Made by a program: the position numbers and the translations under genes. Shown in pieces: positions 40,728 to 51,222 of a stretch of 51,222 bases of DNA (the first letter of the stretch is position 1; the number at the start of each line of letters is the position of its first letter). Under the pieces are notes generated by a model that saw nothing but the letters and a program-made list of their open reading frames with translations, ran no database searches and had not been told where the DNA came from. The stretch lies in NCBI GenBank assembly GCA_002708475.1, contig PAOL01000024.1:1-51222 (forward strand), given 5' to 3'. This stretch comes from Oleispira sp. GTDB lineage: Bacteria; Pseudomonadota; Gammaproteobacteria; Pseudomonadales; Oceanobacteraceae.

Positions 40728-40806
40728 CTAGCACCCAGGTCAAATAATAATGTTTCTCACCACGAAACATGACAACTAATTAAAATAATAAATTAAGGAT
40801 TAGACA

Positions 40807-43557
40807 ATGTTAAATAGCGTATGGGTCACCTGGCCCGCTCTAACTAAACTAGGGATTCTCGGTATTTTTGCTGGGTTATTAACTCTTGCCTTCGAAAGGA
40901 AAGAGCTATTCGATAATAATCTATTCGATTTCGAGCGTTATGAAGAATACAACCAACAAATCACATGTGATGAACGCAGTTTAAATGCTCGAACAGAAGA
41001 TGGTACATGTAACAACTTAGACAATCCTGCTGAAGGTGCAGCCTTACGCCGCTTTGGCCGTAACGTTGAGTTGTCGGCCGCACAAGGTGAAACGGACACT
41101 TTACTAGTCCCTAATCCTAGAGATGTAAGTAACTCGGTTATGGCTCGGGAAGAGTTTAAGCCAGCGACGTCAGTTAACTTTATTGCCACATCTTGGATTC
41201 AATTTATGGTGCATGATTGGGTTGATCACAATGTTGATGAAGTCGGTGATCCCATTATCGTTCCTCTGCCTGCGGGTGATGAACTAGGTAGCGGCGAACT
41301 TTCAATCAAACGTACTAAAGCAGATCCGACACGCACAACTGATGAAGCTGCTTACCCAGCGAGCTATCGTAATAGAAATACTCACTGGTGGGATGGTTCT
41401 CAGCTTTACGGTAGCAATAAAGAACAGTCAGATGCCATTCGTGCTTTTTCTGGTGGTCGTTTAACCGTTAATGATGATAACACCATTCCGACTGAGTTCT
41501 TATCAGGTCTTCCTATTACAGGATTTAATGACAACTGGTGGGTAGGTTTAAGCATGCTCCACCAATTGTTTGTGGCTGAGCATAACTCTATCGCAGAAAT
41601 GCTGGTAACGAATAATCCTGGCCGTTCTGATCAGTGGATATACGATAAGGCTCGTTTAATTAACGCAGCATTAATGGCAAAAATTCATACCGTTGAATGG
41701 ACTCCAGCGATTATCGCAAACCCAGTAACCGAACGTGCGATGTACGCTAACTGGTGGGGGCTTGCAGGTGATCGTGAAGGCCGCGATGCATTCCAAAAAG
41801 GCGCCGCCTCTTTGGCAGAAGATTTAGCAAAAACAGATTCTTTTGTTAAAACTATTCTAGGTGTTGATCCTGCATTAAAAGACAAACTTGATGACGCTTC
41901 TTTTATTGAACATGCAATTGGTGGATTAGTGGGTTCACGTCAGTCAGATAATGCGGGAACGGCTTATAGCTTAACGGAAGAGTTTGTTGCGGTATATCGT
42001 ATGCATCCTCTACTACGTGATGATGTTGAAGTTTACGACATTGGTTCAAACATTGTTCGTGATCGTATCGCTATCGAAGATACTCGTGATGGCGATGCTG
42101 AAGATGTTATGAGTGACCAAGGTGCAAACCGCTTATGGTACTCGTTCGGTATTACTAATCCTGGTTCTTTAACGCTGCACAACTATCCAGAATTTTTGCG
42201 TAACATTAATATTCCTGTGTTAGGTGATATTGACTTAGCAACAGTTGATATTGTTCGTGATCGTGAACGTGGTGTGCCACGTTATAACGAATTCCGCCGT
42301 CAAATTGGATTGAACCCAATTAATAAGTTTGAAGACCTTACTGATAACGCAGAAACGCTTGCTGAACTTAAACGTCTTTATAATAACGATGTAGAGAAAA
42401 TCGATGCATTAGTAGGACAACTGGCTGAGACTGTTCGTCCAGAGGGTTTTGCCTTTGGTGAAACTGCGTTCCAAATTTTCATAATGAATGCGTCACGCCG
42501 CCTAATTACAGACCGCTTTTACACCTCTCATTATAATGATGAAACCTATACCGCTGAAGGTATTGATTGGGTAGAAAACAATACCATGGTTGATGTGCTT
42601 AGTCGTCATTACCCAGATTTAGATGGAAGCCTTATTGGTGTAGAGAATGCGTTTAAACCTTGGGGCTTAAACATTCCTGAAAACTACGATTCTTGGGCGG
42701 GTTGTGAAAAACAACAACACTTATGGAATAACGGTGTTCTTCGCAGCGAGTTTGCAGAAGATGAAATTCCATCACTAGAAAAAATTGATGTATTAGGACT
42801 TATTAACCGCGTACTTTGGGATAAAGTTAACGACCAAAAGGATGTGGCGCCTCCTGGCTATACAAAACCCATTCATGCACACGGTGCGGTTGCTAAAGTA
42901 CAGTTTGTAGCAGAAAATTCTGAATACACGGGTCTATTTGAAGGCTCTGATTGTGGCCTACTCCGTTTATCAATAACCGGTGATCCAAGTGATCGTGGTT
43001 TTGCACCAGGGCTTGCGTGGAAAGCATTCGTAGATAACAAACCTTCTGAAAACGTTTCTGCTTTGTATACTTTATCAGGACAAGGAGACAACCAGGACTT
43101 TTTCGCTAATGAGCTTTCTCAATACGTCTCTCCCGAAGCTAATGAAACTTTAGGCACTAGCTTGATCTTCTCTGCTGTCACTAGCAAGCCAACTCAACTA
43201 ATGGTTAATGCAATGGCCGATACAAATCAAGATGGCAGCGAAGCAAGTAATGCTAACGCACCAACTCAAATCTACTTTGTTCCAACTGAAAACGTTAAAA
43301 ACAAATTCTCTTCCAGCGCTCATGATTTCCGCAGTGATTTAGTGACGATCAAAGCTGGTGAAGATTTGTACGACATTTATGCGACCAGTGAGCCCATTCG
43401 TACTTCTATCCTCCCTAGCTGGAATAAACGTTATGCAGATCTTCGTCGCGATAGCGCAACGAAGATCGGTACTATTAAACTAACGTCTGACTTTAAACTT
43501 TCAGATTTCGGTGATAATGGTATTTTCTTCAAGCACCAGCGTTACGAAGATCGATAA
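40807..43557 (+). CDS. Animal heme peroxidase family (alpha-dioxygenase-like) protein fused to a C-terminal catalase-like domain
   Basis: WIQFMVHDW, THWWDGSQLYG, AKIHTVEWT, LTEEFVAVYRMHPLL, RDRERGVPRYNEFRR, ASRRL..DRF. C-terminal IHAHG, LRLS, PGLAWK...SEN. Confidence 0.88.
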   Translation: MLNSVWVTWPALTKLGILGIFAGLLTLAFERKELFDNNLFDFERYEEYNQQITCDERSLNARTEDGTCNNLDNPAEGAALRRFGRNVELSAAQGETDTLLVPNPRDVSNSVMAREEFKPATSVNFIATSWIQFMVHDWVDHNVDEVGDPIIVPLPAGDELGSGELSIKRTKADPTRTTDEAAYPASYRNRNTHWWDGSQLYGSNKEQSDAIRAFSGGRLTVNDDNTIPTEFLSGLPITGFNDNWWVGLSMLHQLFVAEHNSIAEMLVTNNPGRSDQWIYDKARLINAALMAKIHTVEWTPAIIANPVTERAMYANWWGLAGDREGRDAFQKGAASLAEDLAKTDSFVKTILGVDPALKDKLDDASFIEHAIGGLVGSRQSDNAGTAYSLTEEFVAVYRMHPLLRDDVEVYDIGSNIVRDRIAIEDTRDGDAEDVMSDQGANRLWYSFGITNPGSLTLHNYPEFLRNINIPVLGDIDLATVDIVRDRERGVPRYNEFRRQIGLNPINKFEDLTDNAETLAELKRLYNNDVEKIDALVGQLAETVRPEGFAFGETAFQIFIMNASRRLITDRFYTSHYNDETYTAEGIDWVENNTMVDVLSRHYPDLDGSLIGVENAFKPWGLNIPENYDSWAGCEKQQHLWNNGVLRSEFAEDEIPSLEKIDVLGLINRVLWDKVNDQKDVAPPGYTKPIHAHGAVAKVQFVAENSEYTGLFEGSDCGLLRLSITGDPSDRGFAPGLAWKAFVDNKPSENVSALYTLSGQGDNQDFFANELSQYVSPEANETLGTSLIFSAVTSKPTQLMVNAMADTNQDGSEASNANAPTQIYFVPTENVKNKFSSSAHDFRSDLVTIKAGEDLYDIYATSEPIRTSILPSWNKRYADLRRDSATKIGTIKLTSDFKLSDFGDNGIFFKHQRYEDR

Positions 43558-43564
43558 TTAGAAT

Positions 43565-43594
43565 CTCTCTTAATAAAAGAATTTAATAAGAGAG
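43565..43594. terminator. Hairpin between convergent genes (probable bidirectional terminator)
   Basis: CTCTCTTAATAAA-AGAA-TTTAATAAGAGAG, one mismatch. Confidence 0.5.
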
Positions 43595-43613
43595 TGATTA
43601 ATTAACTGATCAT

Positions 43614-45401
43614 TTAACGGTTGCTGATCCAAAGCGTCTGATAAGGCGCTAGTTGGATCAGCATCTCTTGATGAGTCATTTCTTTACCTGAAATAAGATC
43701 AACCCAATCATTGGTTGTCGCTAAGTTAATATCCGACAGCATAAATTCCTGCACTGAATCACTAACGTTACTAATGCAGAAAATACTCTGTTTTCTATCA
43801 TGAGATTGACGCCAATACGCAAAAATAGAATCTCCTAAGTGCAAGGTAAACTGTGGCGCATTGGGGTGAAATGCTTTTTGTTTCTGGCGTATCGCCAACA
43901 AGTTTTTCAACTCGCTGAAGACTTGTTTGTGATGACTACTGTCTGTCGACAGCAGTTCGTTTAATTCATCATATTGCCATTGATGGCGATTAATGGAGCG
44001 ATTATGCCCTGTATTCTCCATACGCTGATAATCATTACGAGTTGCCAATAAGCTGTGCACGTAAATACCAGGAATACCTTCTAAGCCAAGCATAATGGCA
44101 TGAGCGCATATAAAACGTTCAATACCTCTGCCTTCATCTGCAGCACAGTCTTTACCTTTAGTCGTTCCTTGTAATGCATCAAATAAAGAAATGTTAATTT
44201 CATAAGGCTTTATAATTGCTTCACCTAGCTCGTTCTCTAAAGCACGCCAAGAAATTCGACCACCAAACCCTTGTAAGGTATCAACTAATACTTGAGTTTC
44301 ATCATCACCTAGAATTCCCTCTACAGGTCTTAGCCCCATGCCGTCATGGGAAGCAATAAAATTAAAATAGGTCGTACCAAGCTGCGCTGGCGGCATGCTC
44401 ATTAACCAGAGCTTTAAATGATGACTATTCCCAGTCAGTAAGGTATTCACTAATAGCGGTGGTAAAGCAAAGTTATACACACAGTGTGCTTCGTTCGCAT
44501 TACCAAAATATGAAAGATTTTCTCGATTCGGAATATTCGTTTCAGTAATAATGACAGCATCAGGTTGAGCGTGTTCTATCAGCAATCTGAGCAAACGTAC
44601 AACGTTATGAGTTTCCTCTAAATTAATGCTCGGTGAGGCGACTTTTTTCCATAAAAATGCAATCGCATCTAATCGGAATATGCGAACGCCCATATCTAAG
44701 TACTGTCGAATAATTTTTATAAACTGTATAAGTACATCAGGGTTTCTAAAATCCAAATCTACTTGGTCGTGACTAAACGTACACCATACATGCTGCACCC
44801 CTTTATTAGTCATAGTTTCTCTTAGCAGGTCACTGGTTCTAGGCCTAACGACTTGTGATAAGTCTGCCGTAGGAGATTCCGTATAAAAATAATCATGCCC
44901 AGGCCCGTCACCTTTTATAAAGTTCTGAAACCATAAACTACGACTAGAACAATGGTTAATAACTAAATCCGCCATTAGACGATAATCTTGGCTAATGCTT
45001 TGAATATCATCCCACCCACCTAGCGATTCATTAACACTGGAAAAATCTATTACTGAAAATCCATCATCTGAGCTAAAAGGAAAAAACGGCAAAATATGCA
45101 CGCTATTAATTAATCCTTCACAATGCTCATCTAAAAAATGTTTTAACGTAATTAATGGTTTTTCGTCAGCTAATAAAAAACTATCACCGTAAGTAATCAT
45201 GACGGTTGAGGATTGATCCCACAAATCACAAGGGTGCATAGGATCATGAGAGGCGTCTTCGTGGCTCGCCGTTTCTAATCGCATTTCTATTAAAAGCTGT
45301 TCTGCAAAAGCATTAAACGGAATATTAATTTCTGTTTGATAATAGATTAATTCCAGCAAATGCTGGCTACGCTGTAATAGTGCGGAATCAAATAAACTCA
45401 T
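43614..45401 (-). CDS. GH13_18 sugar phosphorylase, probable glucosylglycerate phosphorylase
   Basis: [31 protein letters not shown]. Confidence 0.88.
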   Translation of the reverse strand: MSLFDSALLQRSQHLLELIYYQTEINIPFNAFAEQLLIEMRLETASHEDASHDPMHPCDLWDQSSTVMITYGDSFLLADEKPLITLKHFLDEHCEGLINSVHILPFFPFSSDDGFSVIDFSSVNESLGGWDDIQSISQDYRLMADLVINHCSSRSLWFQNFIKGDGPGHDYFYTESPTADLSQVVRPRTSDLLRETMTNKGVQHVWCTFSHDQVDLDFRNPDVLIQFIKIIRQYLDMGVRIFRLDAIAFLWKKVASPSINLEETHNVVRLLRLLIEHAQPDAVIITETNIPNRENLSYFGNANEAHCVYNFALPPLLVNTLLTGNSHHLKLWLMSMPPAQLGTTYFNFIASHDGMGLRPVEGILGDDETQVLVDTLQGFGGRISWRALENELGEAIIKPYEINISLFDALQGTTKGKDCAADEGRGIERFICAHAIMLGLEGIPGIYVHSLLATRNDYQRMENTGHNRSINRHQWQYDELNELLSTDSSHHKQVFSELKNLLAIRQKQKAFHPNAPQFTLHLGDSIFAYWRQSHDRKQSIFCISNVSDSVQEFMLSDINLATTNDWVDLISGKEMTHQEMLIQLAPYQTLWISNR

Positions 45402-46624
45402 TTCGACATAAACTCCTCATTATCTGCTTCAACAGCCTCGTATAATCTTTCTAGAATATCAGGCTTAGCACTAATTACTCGGTTCCAGCTTGGAATGAAT
45501 GGGGTTTCCATCGGCTTATCTAAAAAGGCTTCTCCGGCTTTCATAATATTTTGTGCAAATAATTCAACGGCTTTTTCTTCGGCATGAATATCTAAGGTTA
45601 AACCGTTCATAACCGCATCATTGTGGTAGGTTTCAATGAAATCTAAAGCGATTCGGAAGTAGGTTGCTTTAATTGAACGGAAGGTTTCAGTATTAAACGT
45701 TTTACCATGAGTAGCCAGCTTTCTGAATAATGCCTTAGAGATATCGATAGACATTTTAGATAGTCCACCTTGATCATTATCTAATGATAAATCTTGGTGT
45801 TTATGATCATACACATCAGCGATATCAACCTGACATAAACGGTTGTTGGCATAGTTTCTGTGCATTTCGGACAACACACCAATTTCTAAGCCCCAATCAC
45901 TTGGAATTCGAATATCATTTAATACATCTTTTCGAAATGAAAACTCACCCGCTAATGGATATCGGAAACTATCCATAAATTGTAAGTATTCCATCTCACC
46001 AAACATCTTCTTTAATGCACGCAATAATGGCGTTACGAGTAGTCGGCTAACTCGACCGTTAATTTTTCCATCAGCCACTCGAGCATAAAACCCTTTACAA
46101 AACTCATAGTTAAACTGAGGATTAGCGACAGGATAAATCAGTCGTGCCAATAACTCTCTATCGTAAGTAACAATATCACAGTCGTGTAAAGCAACAGATT
46201 CAGAGCGATTAGAGGCAAGAGTATAGCCCATGCAATACCAAACGTTACGGCCCTTTCCTAGTTCTTTAGGTGCTAAATTCAGCGCTTGTAACTCGGCATC
46301 CAGAGCTTGTAGTCGCGGCCCTTCATTCCATAAAACTCGATGATGCTGTGGAAGTTCACCAAAGAATTTTAGTGCATGGCGATACTGATCTTCATCTGCT
46401 CGGTCTAAACCAATAACAATTTCACTTAAATAGTCTGCACCTTTTAAGTGATTCACGATATTAGGCAGTGCATCACCTTCAAGCTCCGAAAATAATGACG
46501 GAAGAATTAATGACATTGGGCGCTTCTTACTAAACGCTCTTAATTCACTTTCAATGTCTTCAACGGGTCTATGGGCTAAATTATGTAAAGTCGTTACGAT
46601 CCCATTTTGATAAAAATCAGCCAT
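45398..46624 (-). CDS. Glycosyltransferase, probable glucosyl-3-phosphoglycerate synthase
   Basis: [49 protein letters not shown]. Confidence 0.85.
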   Translation of the reverse strand: MADFYQNGIVTTLHNLAHRPVEDIESELRAFSKKRPMSLILPSLFSELEGDALPNIVNHLKGADYLSEIVIGLDRADEDQYRHALKFFGELPQHHRVLWNEGPRLQALDAELQALNLAPKELGKGRNVWYCMGYTLASNRSESVALHDCDIVTYDRELLARLIYPVANPQFNYEFCKGFYARVADGKINGRVSRLLVTPLLRALKKMFGEMEYLQFMDSFRYPLAGEFSFRKDVLNDIRIPSDWGLEIGVLSEMHRNYANNRLCQVDIADVYDHKHQDLSLDNDQGGLSKMSIDISKALFRKLATHGKTFNTETFRSIKATYFRIALDFIETYHNDAVMNGLTLDIHAEEKAVELFAQNIMKAGEAFLDKPMETPFIPSWNRVISAKPDILERLYEAVEADNEEFMSK

Positions 46625-46682
46625 GATATTTCCTTATGTTAAATAAATTGTTAATAATTAATTGAATTCTTATACATCTATT

Positions 46683-47504
46683 CTATAAAATTTTACGCAA
46701 GCCTGAATTCCAACCCCGAGGTCCAAATTCTTCAGAGATAAAAAATCCCCGCAGCCGCTTTAATTTAGGTGGCGCATGAACTGGGGAGCGAATAATAAGT
46801 GCCAAATCAGCCTTCTCTAACATCGCGACATCATTACCACTATCACCAATAGCAATGGTCTTTATCTCGCTTAAATTCCATTGTGTTTTATATTCTGCTG
46901 CAAGCCAAGCAAGAGCCTCACCCTTGTTACAAAAACCACTTAAATGTAAAAAGCGACCACCTTGTAAAACATGGCCACCTTGCTCTGTTAGCCACTCAAT
47001 AAATTCTTGCTTACCTTTATCCACACCCAGCCATGATATCGGTTCGCCATATTCACGATTATTAGCCAGCTGAGCCTGCTCAAGCGACAAGCCTGTAACT
47101 TGCGCAATAACTTCTTCTTTCATCGCGGCAAAGTGACTGAACTTATGTGTAAATAGTTCCTTAGCCTTTTCAAGAAGCGACAACCAGTGGCTTCTTGTTT
47201 CACAGAATTCGGCTATCCAAAAATCTTCAACCTCGATACAAGCTTCTGGTTTAACGGGGAAATAGCCCTTAGGGATATAAATCGCAGCACCATTTTCAAT
47301 AATAAAAGGATGACGGTTATCTAATTCTAAACGCAGTGCTTCGACTTCCGCTCGTGTTTTACTGGTTGTTAAAATAACAGGGATTTGATCGCGTTCTAAC
47401 TCCTCTAATAACGCATCAGCGGCTTTATGGCTGTAACTGTCATGGTCTAATAAAGAACCATCAAGGTCGGTAAAAACAACTTTTCTACTCATATGCTCTT
47501 CCAT
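46683..47504 (-). CDS. HAD-IIB glucosyl/mannosyl-3-phosphoglycerate phosphatase
   Basis: FTDLDGSLL, TSKT, ENG, GGRF.H, KG, GDSGND. Start may be ATG 47492. Confidence 0.9.
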   Translation of the reverse strand: MEEHMSRKVVFTDLDGSLLDHDSYSHKAADALLEELERDQIPVILTTSKTRAEVEALRLELDNRHPFIIENGAAIYIPKGYFPVKPEACIEVEDFWIAEFCETRSHWLSLLEKAKELFTHKFSHFAAMKEEVIAQVTGLSLEQAQLANNREYGEPISWLGVDKGKQEFIEWLTEQGGHVLQGGRFLHLSGFCNKGEALAWLAAEYKTQWNLSEIKTIAIGDSGNDVAMLEKADLALIIRSPVHAPPKLKRLRGFFISEEFGPRGWNSGLRKIL

Positions 47505-48445
47505 TATGACGATCCTTTTAATACTACATCATGTAGTCCAAAGCGAGGATCGCCAGGCAAAGGGTTAGGCGTTTGGTAGGCCGCAACCTGCCGTTTATTA
47601 GTTAATTGAAATAAATGCTGACAATTTTGCGGAAGGTATTTGAGGCTATGGCGTGTAAGTCGTTCATAGTGCTGTATAAACTGCTGAATTTCCTCTGCAG
47701 ACATAATATGGCTCTTATTCTTATCCTCACTTGCTTGAGCTAGCTTCTGTTCTTGCTCTAAGCGCCAGTTATAAACACTGCTAAAACTTGGAGCTTGCAA
47801 CATAATTAAGCGGTCAATTAGCTGCCATAATTCTGGATAATTGGTTACTAATTGCTGATTGATGTAATTGCGCCACTCTCCGCCTGAGTCCTGTAGAGAT
47901 TCCAATTCATTAACAGGTTCAAGTAATGATTCTTCAGCTTCTGCTGTAATTCCAACGCACCAGCCTTCTAAAATAATGATATCAAGTGGTGTTTCGACTT
48001 CTGACCACTGCTCTTTAGGAAAGCGATCATCCTGAGCTTTATTAAACTTGGGTATCTTAACTTCACCGCTCTCTTGAGAGAGCTGTTGTAATGTCTCTAA
48101 GGCCAGCTCTAAATCATGCGTTCCCGGCACACCTCGGGTTGATAGCAATGGATGTACATTACTCGCGAGTTGCTGTCGTTGCTTGCGTGTTAAATAGAAG
48201 TCATCAATTGAGATAGCAACCGCTTTCAGTCCCCTATCTTCTAAACAGGTGCATAAATAGTCGGCCAGCGTTGTCTTTCCAGACCCCTGACAACCGTTTA
48301 TACCCACCACTAAAGTTCTCCCTGCACTATAATGGTGCTTAATTAGGGTTTCAACAATAGGGTCAAACCAAATTGATGCTTGCTGTAAATAATGCTCGGG
48401 CAAGCTATTCCTTGTGATAAATCCACGTATTCCGCCCATAACCAC
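47504..48445 (-). CDS. P-loop kinase, D-glycerate 3-kinase (GLYK)-like
   Basis: GCQGSGKTT, SIDDFYL, RGVPGTHD, LEGWCVG, WRLEQE. Confidence 0.85.
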   Translation of the reverse strand: MVMGGIRGFITRNSLPEHYLQQASIWFDPIVETLIKHHYSAGRTLVVGINGCQGSGKTTLADYLCTCLEDRGLKAVAISIDDFYLTRKQRQQLASNVHPLLSTRGVPGTHDLELALETLQQLSQESGEVKIPKFNKAQDDRFPKEQWSEVETPLDIIILEGWCVGITAEAEESLLEPVNELESLQDSGGEWRNYINQQLVTNYPELWQLIDRLIMLQAPSFSSVYNWRLEQEQKLAQASEDKNKSHIMSAEEIQQFIQHYERLTRHSLKYLPQNCQHLFQLTNKRQVAAYQTPNPLPGDPRFGLHDVVLKGSS

Positions 48446-48498
48446 CTCTAAAAAATTATTTACGACTGTGCTTTAAGCACTGCACTTTATAGGGATAG

Positions 48499-48514
48499 AG
48501 CAGGAACCGTACCC
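48499..48514 (-). promoter_or_regulatory. Possible sigma54 promoter for the glucosylglycerate operon
   Basis: Minus strand GGGTACG-GTTC-CTGCT (GG-N10-GC), imperfect match. Confidence 0.4.
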
Positions 48515-48557
48515 TTTTCTACGATTTAACATAAAATTCTTAAAAAATTCATATTTA

Positions 48558-48576
48558 ATGTCATATTTCTGTAACA
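48558..48576 (+). promoter_or_regulatory. Pho box upstream of pstS
   Basis: ATGTCAT-ATTT-CTGTAAC, 11-bp direct repeat. Confidence 0.78.
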
Positions 48577-48676
48577 TTGTTCCTAGATACTTCTCATCAC
48601 TGAATAATTATTCGAAAAAATATGCTCTTACTTAGAATGACCTAAGCAATGGCGACTATATAAATAGGAAGTAATA

Positions 48677-49720
48677 ATGAAAAAAATTCTAGCCTTAAGC
48701 GCTGCATTTGCAGCTTCTGCAATCAGCATGTCAGCTAACGCTCAGCGTGATTACATCAGCATTGTTGGTTCTTCTACCGTTTATCCATTCTCTACAGTAG
48801 TAGCAGAACGCTTTGGTAAGTCGACTAAATTCGCTACTCCTAAAGTTGAATCAACGGGTTCTGGTGGTGGTTTGAAATTATTCTGTTCTGGTGTTGGCAG
48901 CGCAACGCCTGATATTACAAATGCTTCTCGTGCCATTAAGAGCTCTGAAGTTAAGCTTTGTGCTAAAAATGGCATCAAAGACATTGTTGAAGTAAAAGTC
49001 GGCTATGACGGCATTGTTTTGGCCAATACAACTGAAGCTAAGCAAATATCATTAACTCGTCGCGATATCTTTCTTGCCCTTGCTAAAAACATCCCTAACC
49101 CAGATGGCAGCGAGACTTTAGTTGAGAACACATACGAAACTTGGAATGAGGTTAACCCATCATTGCCAAAATCTAAAATTGAAGTATTAGGCCCACCACC
49201 AACTTCTGGTACTCGTGATGCTTTCGCTGAACTTGCTTTAGAAGGTGGTTGTAAAACTTTCCCTTTCATTAAAGCAATGAAAAAGCAAAACAAAAAGAAG
49301 TATAAAGCAGTTTGTCACGCAGTACGTGAAGACGGTGCTTATGTTGAAGCAGGCGAGAACGACAACCTGATCGTACAAAAATTGGTTGCTAACCCTTCTG
49401 CAATGGGTGTTTTTGGTTACAGCTTCTTAGAGCAAAACTCTGAAAAAGTTCAAGGTTCTGTAATCGATGGTAAACTACCGACTTTTGATGCCATTGCTTC
49501 GGGTGATTACCCAGTAAGCCGTTCTTTATTCTTCTATGTTAAAAAAGCTCACATTGGCGTGATTCCTGGTATCGAAGAATACCTAGCAGAATTCACTTCA
49601 GAGAAAGCTATGGGTGACTACGGCTACTTGGCTGAGAAAGGCATGATCCCAATGACTGCTGAAGAACGTAACAACGTGCTAAAAACTGTTAAGAACTTGA
49701 CTCCTCTGGTTAAGAAGTAA
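48677..49720 (+). CDS. pstS: Phosphate ABC transporter substrate-binding protein
   Basis: GSSTVYP, STGSGGG, NASR, SGTRDAF, YPVSRSLF. Confidence 0.95.
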   Translation: MKKILALSAAFAASAISMSANAQRDYISIVGSSTVYPFSTVVAERFGKSTKFATPKVESTGSGGGLKLFCSGVGSATPDITNASRAIKSSEVKLCAKNGIKDIVEVKVGYDGIVLANTTEAKQISLTRRDIFLALAKNIPNPDGSETLVENTYETWNEVNPSLPKSKIEVLGPPPTSGTRDAFAELALEGGCKTFPFIKAMKKQNKKKYKAVCHAVREDGAYVEAGENDNLIVQKLVANPSAMGVFGYSFLEQNSEKVQGSVIDGKLPTFDAIASGDYPVSRSLFFYVKKAHIGVIPGIEEYLAEFTSEKAMGDYGYLAEKGMIPMTAEERNNVLKTVKNLTPLVKK

Positions 49721-49743
49721 ATTAGCAAAAAGTAGTACTGATC

Positions 49744-49782
49744 GCCGGGGCCTATTCTGAATTAGAATAGGTCTCGGCTTTT
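49744..49782 (+). terminator. Stem-loop after pstS (terminator or mRNA-stabilising hairpin)
   Basis: GCCGGGGCCTATTCT-GAATT-AGAATAGGTCTCGGC-TTTT. Confidence 0.7.
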
Positions 49783-49826
49783 GCGTATTAAAAAGAAAAT
49801 TAAACTACGGGTAAATAAATAAGCAC

Positions 49827-51200
49827 ATGAACTTTAGTAGCCTGCTCATCATCGTCATTATTGTTCTCGGAGGCGCCTACTTTTTAGGTCGCAACCGCGC
49901 ACGAGCAATATCCAATCAAGGATTGCGAATGCATTCTTTGCCCGATCACTACGGTACATTAATGGCCCTATGGACCGGTGTACCTGCGCTTATTCTATTA
50001 ATGACTTGGCATTTATTAGAAGCCCCAGTCATAGATTATTTATTGATAGCTCAACTACCAGCCGAAATTCAAGCAGCTGATTCTGCTCAAATCCAATTGG
50101 CTATTAGTAAAGTATACAACCTAGCTTCTAGTTCAGGCCTAACCGCTGACCCAAGCTTAATGCCAGCAGTTGAACACCTAGCAGCACTTAACGAACGTAC
50201 TGCAATATTAAATTCTGGTATTGCCTTAAGCTTATGCCTGGTTTGTTTTGTTATCACCTATCGTCGCATACAGCCTAAGCTACGCGCACGTACAGAGATG
50301 GAAAGCATTGTTAATCTTCTATTATTATCTAGCTCAGGTATTGCGGTACTTACTACCGTTGGTATCCTTGCAAGTGTGTTGTTTGAAGCTTGGATGTTCT
50401 TCCAACAAATTAGCCCAATAGATTTCTTATTCGGTACAACTTGGTCACCTCAGGTGGCTTTACGTGCTGATCAATCCGGTTCTTCAGGTAGCTTTGGCGC
50501 CGTACCATTATTTGCGGGTACATTATTAATATCCCTTATAGCGATGGTTATTGCTGTTCCTATCGGCCTAATGGCTGCGATTTATCTTTCTGAGTACGCC
50601 AGCAGTAGTGTACGTAAATATGCAAAACCTGCTTTAGAGGTATTAGCCGGAATCCCAACGGTTGTATACGGGTTTTTCGCTGCATTAACAGTCGCCCCCT
50701 TTATACGAATGCTAGGAACAGACTTAGGATTAGAGGTCTCATCCGAAAGCGCATTAGCTGCTGGCTTGGTAATGGGCGTGATGATTATTCCTTTCGTATC
50801 TTCTCTATCTGATGATGTAATTAACGCCGTACCACAATCAATGCGTGATGGAAGTTACGGTTTAGGAGCTACTAAAAACGAAACTATTCGCCAAGTTATC
50901 ATTCCTGCCGCATTGCCTGGGATTGTAGGTGCCGTTATGTTGGCTGTTTCTCGCGCCATTGGTGAAACGATGATTGTTGCGATGGCAGCCGGTTTAGCCG
51001 CAAACCTAACAGCAAACCCATTAGATAGCGTGACAACAGTAACGGTTCAAATTGTAACTCTATTGGTAGGTGACCAAGAGTTTGACTCACCGAAAACACT
51101 GGCTGCTTTTGCTTTAGGCTTAGTGCTATTCCTAGTCACACTCATCCTAAACTTTGTTGCTTTGAAAATTGTTCAAAAGTATCGAGAGCAATATGACTGA
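49827..51200 (+). CDS. pstC: Phosphate ABC transporter permease PstC
   Basis: LHSLP-like N-terminal extension, LAGIPTVVYGFF, SRAIGETMIV. Confidence 0.95.
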   Translation: MNFSSLLIIVIIVLGGAYFLGRNRARAISNQGLRMHSLPDHYGTLMALWTGVPALILLMTWHLLEAPVIDYLLIAQLPAEIQAADSAQIQLAISKVYNLASSSGLTADPSLMPAVEHLAALNERTAILNSGIALSLCLVCFVITYRRIQPKLRARTEMESIVNLLLLSSSGIAVLTTVGILASVLFEAWMFFQQISPIDFLFGTTWSPQVALRADQSGSSGSFGAVPLFAGTLLISLIAMVIAVPIGLMAAIYLSEYASSSVRKYAKPALEVLAGIPTVVYGFFAALTVAPFIRMLGTDLGLEVSSESALAAGLVMGVMIIPFVSSLSDDVINAVPQSMRDGSYGLGATKNETIRQVIIPAALPGIVGAVMLAVSRAIGETMIVAMAAGLAANLTANPLDSVTTVTVQIVTLLVGDQEFDSPKTLAAFALGLVLFLVTLILNFVALKIVQKYREQYD

Positions 51201-51222
51201 TTCAAAAACAACTAACTCAAAC
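51193..51222 (+). CDS. pstA: Probable start of PstA permease (truncated by window edge)
   Basis: ATG overlapping the pstC end (ATGACTGA), frame open to the window end. Identity inferred from synteny only. Confidence 0.55.
   Translation, partial: MTDSKTTNSN

Overview
A gene-dense, AT-rich chromosomal window from what looks like a marine gammaproteobacterium (inferred from gene content only). I saw no rRNA, tRNA, CRISPR array, transposase or prophage. It is a run of stress and nutrient modules, in order: (1) end of an arsenate-resistance GAPDH-arsJ pair; (2) a divergent ECF sigma/anti-sigma locus with an acidic S8 protease, a DUF5666 repeat lipoprotein and a Slam/DUF560-like barrel, sharing three copies of a (G/T)G(G/A)AAT-N16-CGTT promoter motif; (3) cbpA and modABC; (4) a RpoE-ChrR singlet-oxygen cluster (renalase-like, photolyase, desaturase, furan-fatty-acid-type ufaD/ufaO/ufaM homologues, SDR, DUF2878, DUF3833) with three TGATCC-N16-CGTA-type promoters; (5) a sigma54 FNT channel-kinase/phosphatase-cyanase operon; (6) two complementary bacterioferritin subunits plus bfd; (7) a TetR-linked CrtI-family oxidoreductase and FAD/2Fe-2S reductase; (8) an ODP di-iron protein with a degenerate MCP-like partner; (9) formaldehyde detoxification (frmA/fghA/LysR); (10) a bufferin-type MNIO RiPP cluster (DUF2282/DUF692/DUF2063/DoxX) with a YHS protein next to an RclR-like AraC regulator; (11) a P460-like cytochrome and a sigma54-linked alpha-dioxygenase-like/catalase-like fusion; (12) a glucosylglycerate synthesis and recycling operon; (13) pstSC and the start of pstA. 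The best candidates for undescribed biology are modules 2, 11, 10 and 5. All family assignments come from motif recognition, not database searches.
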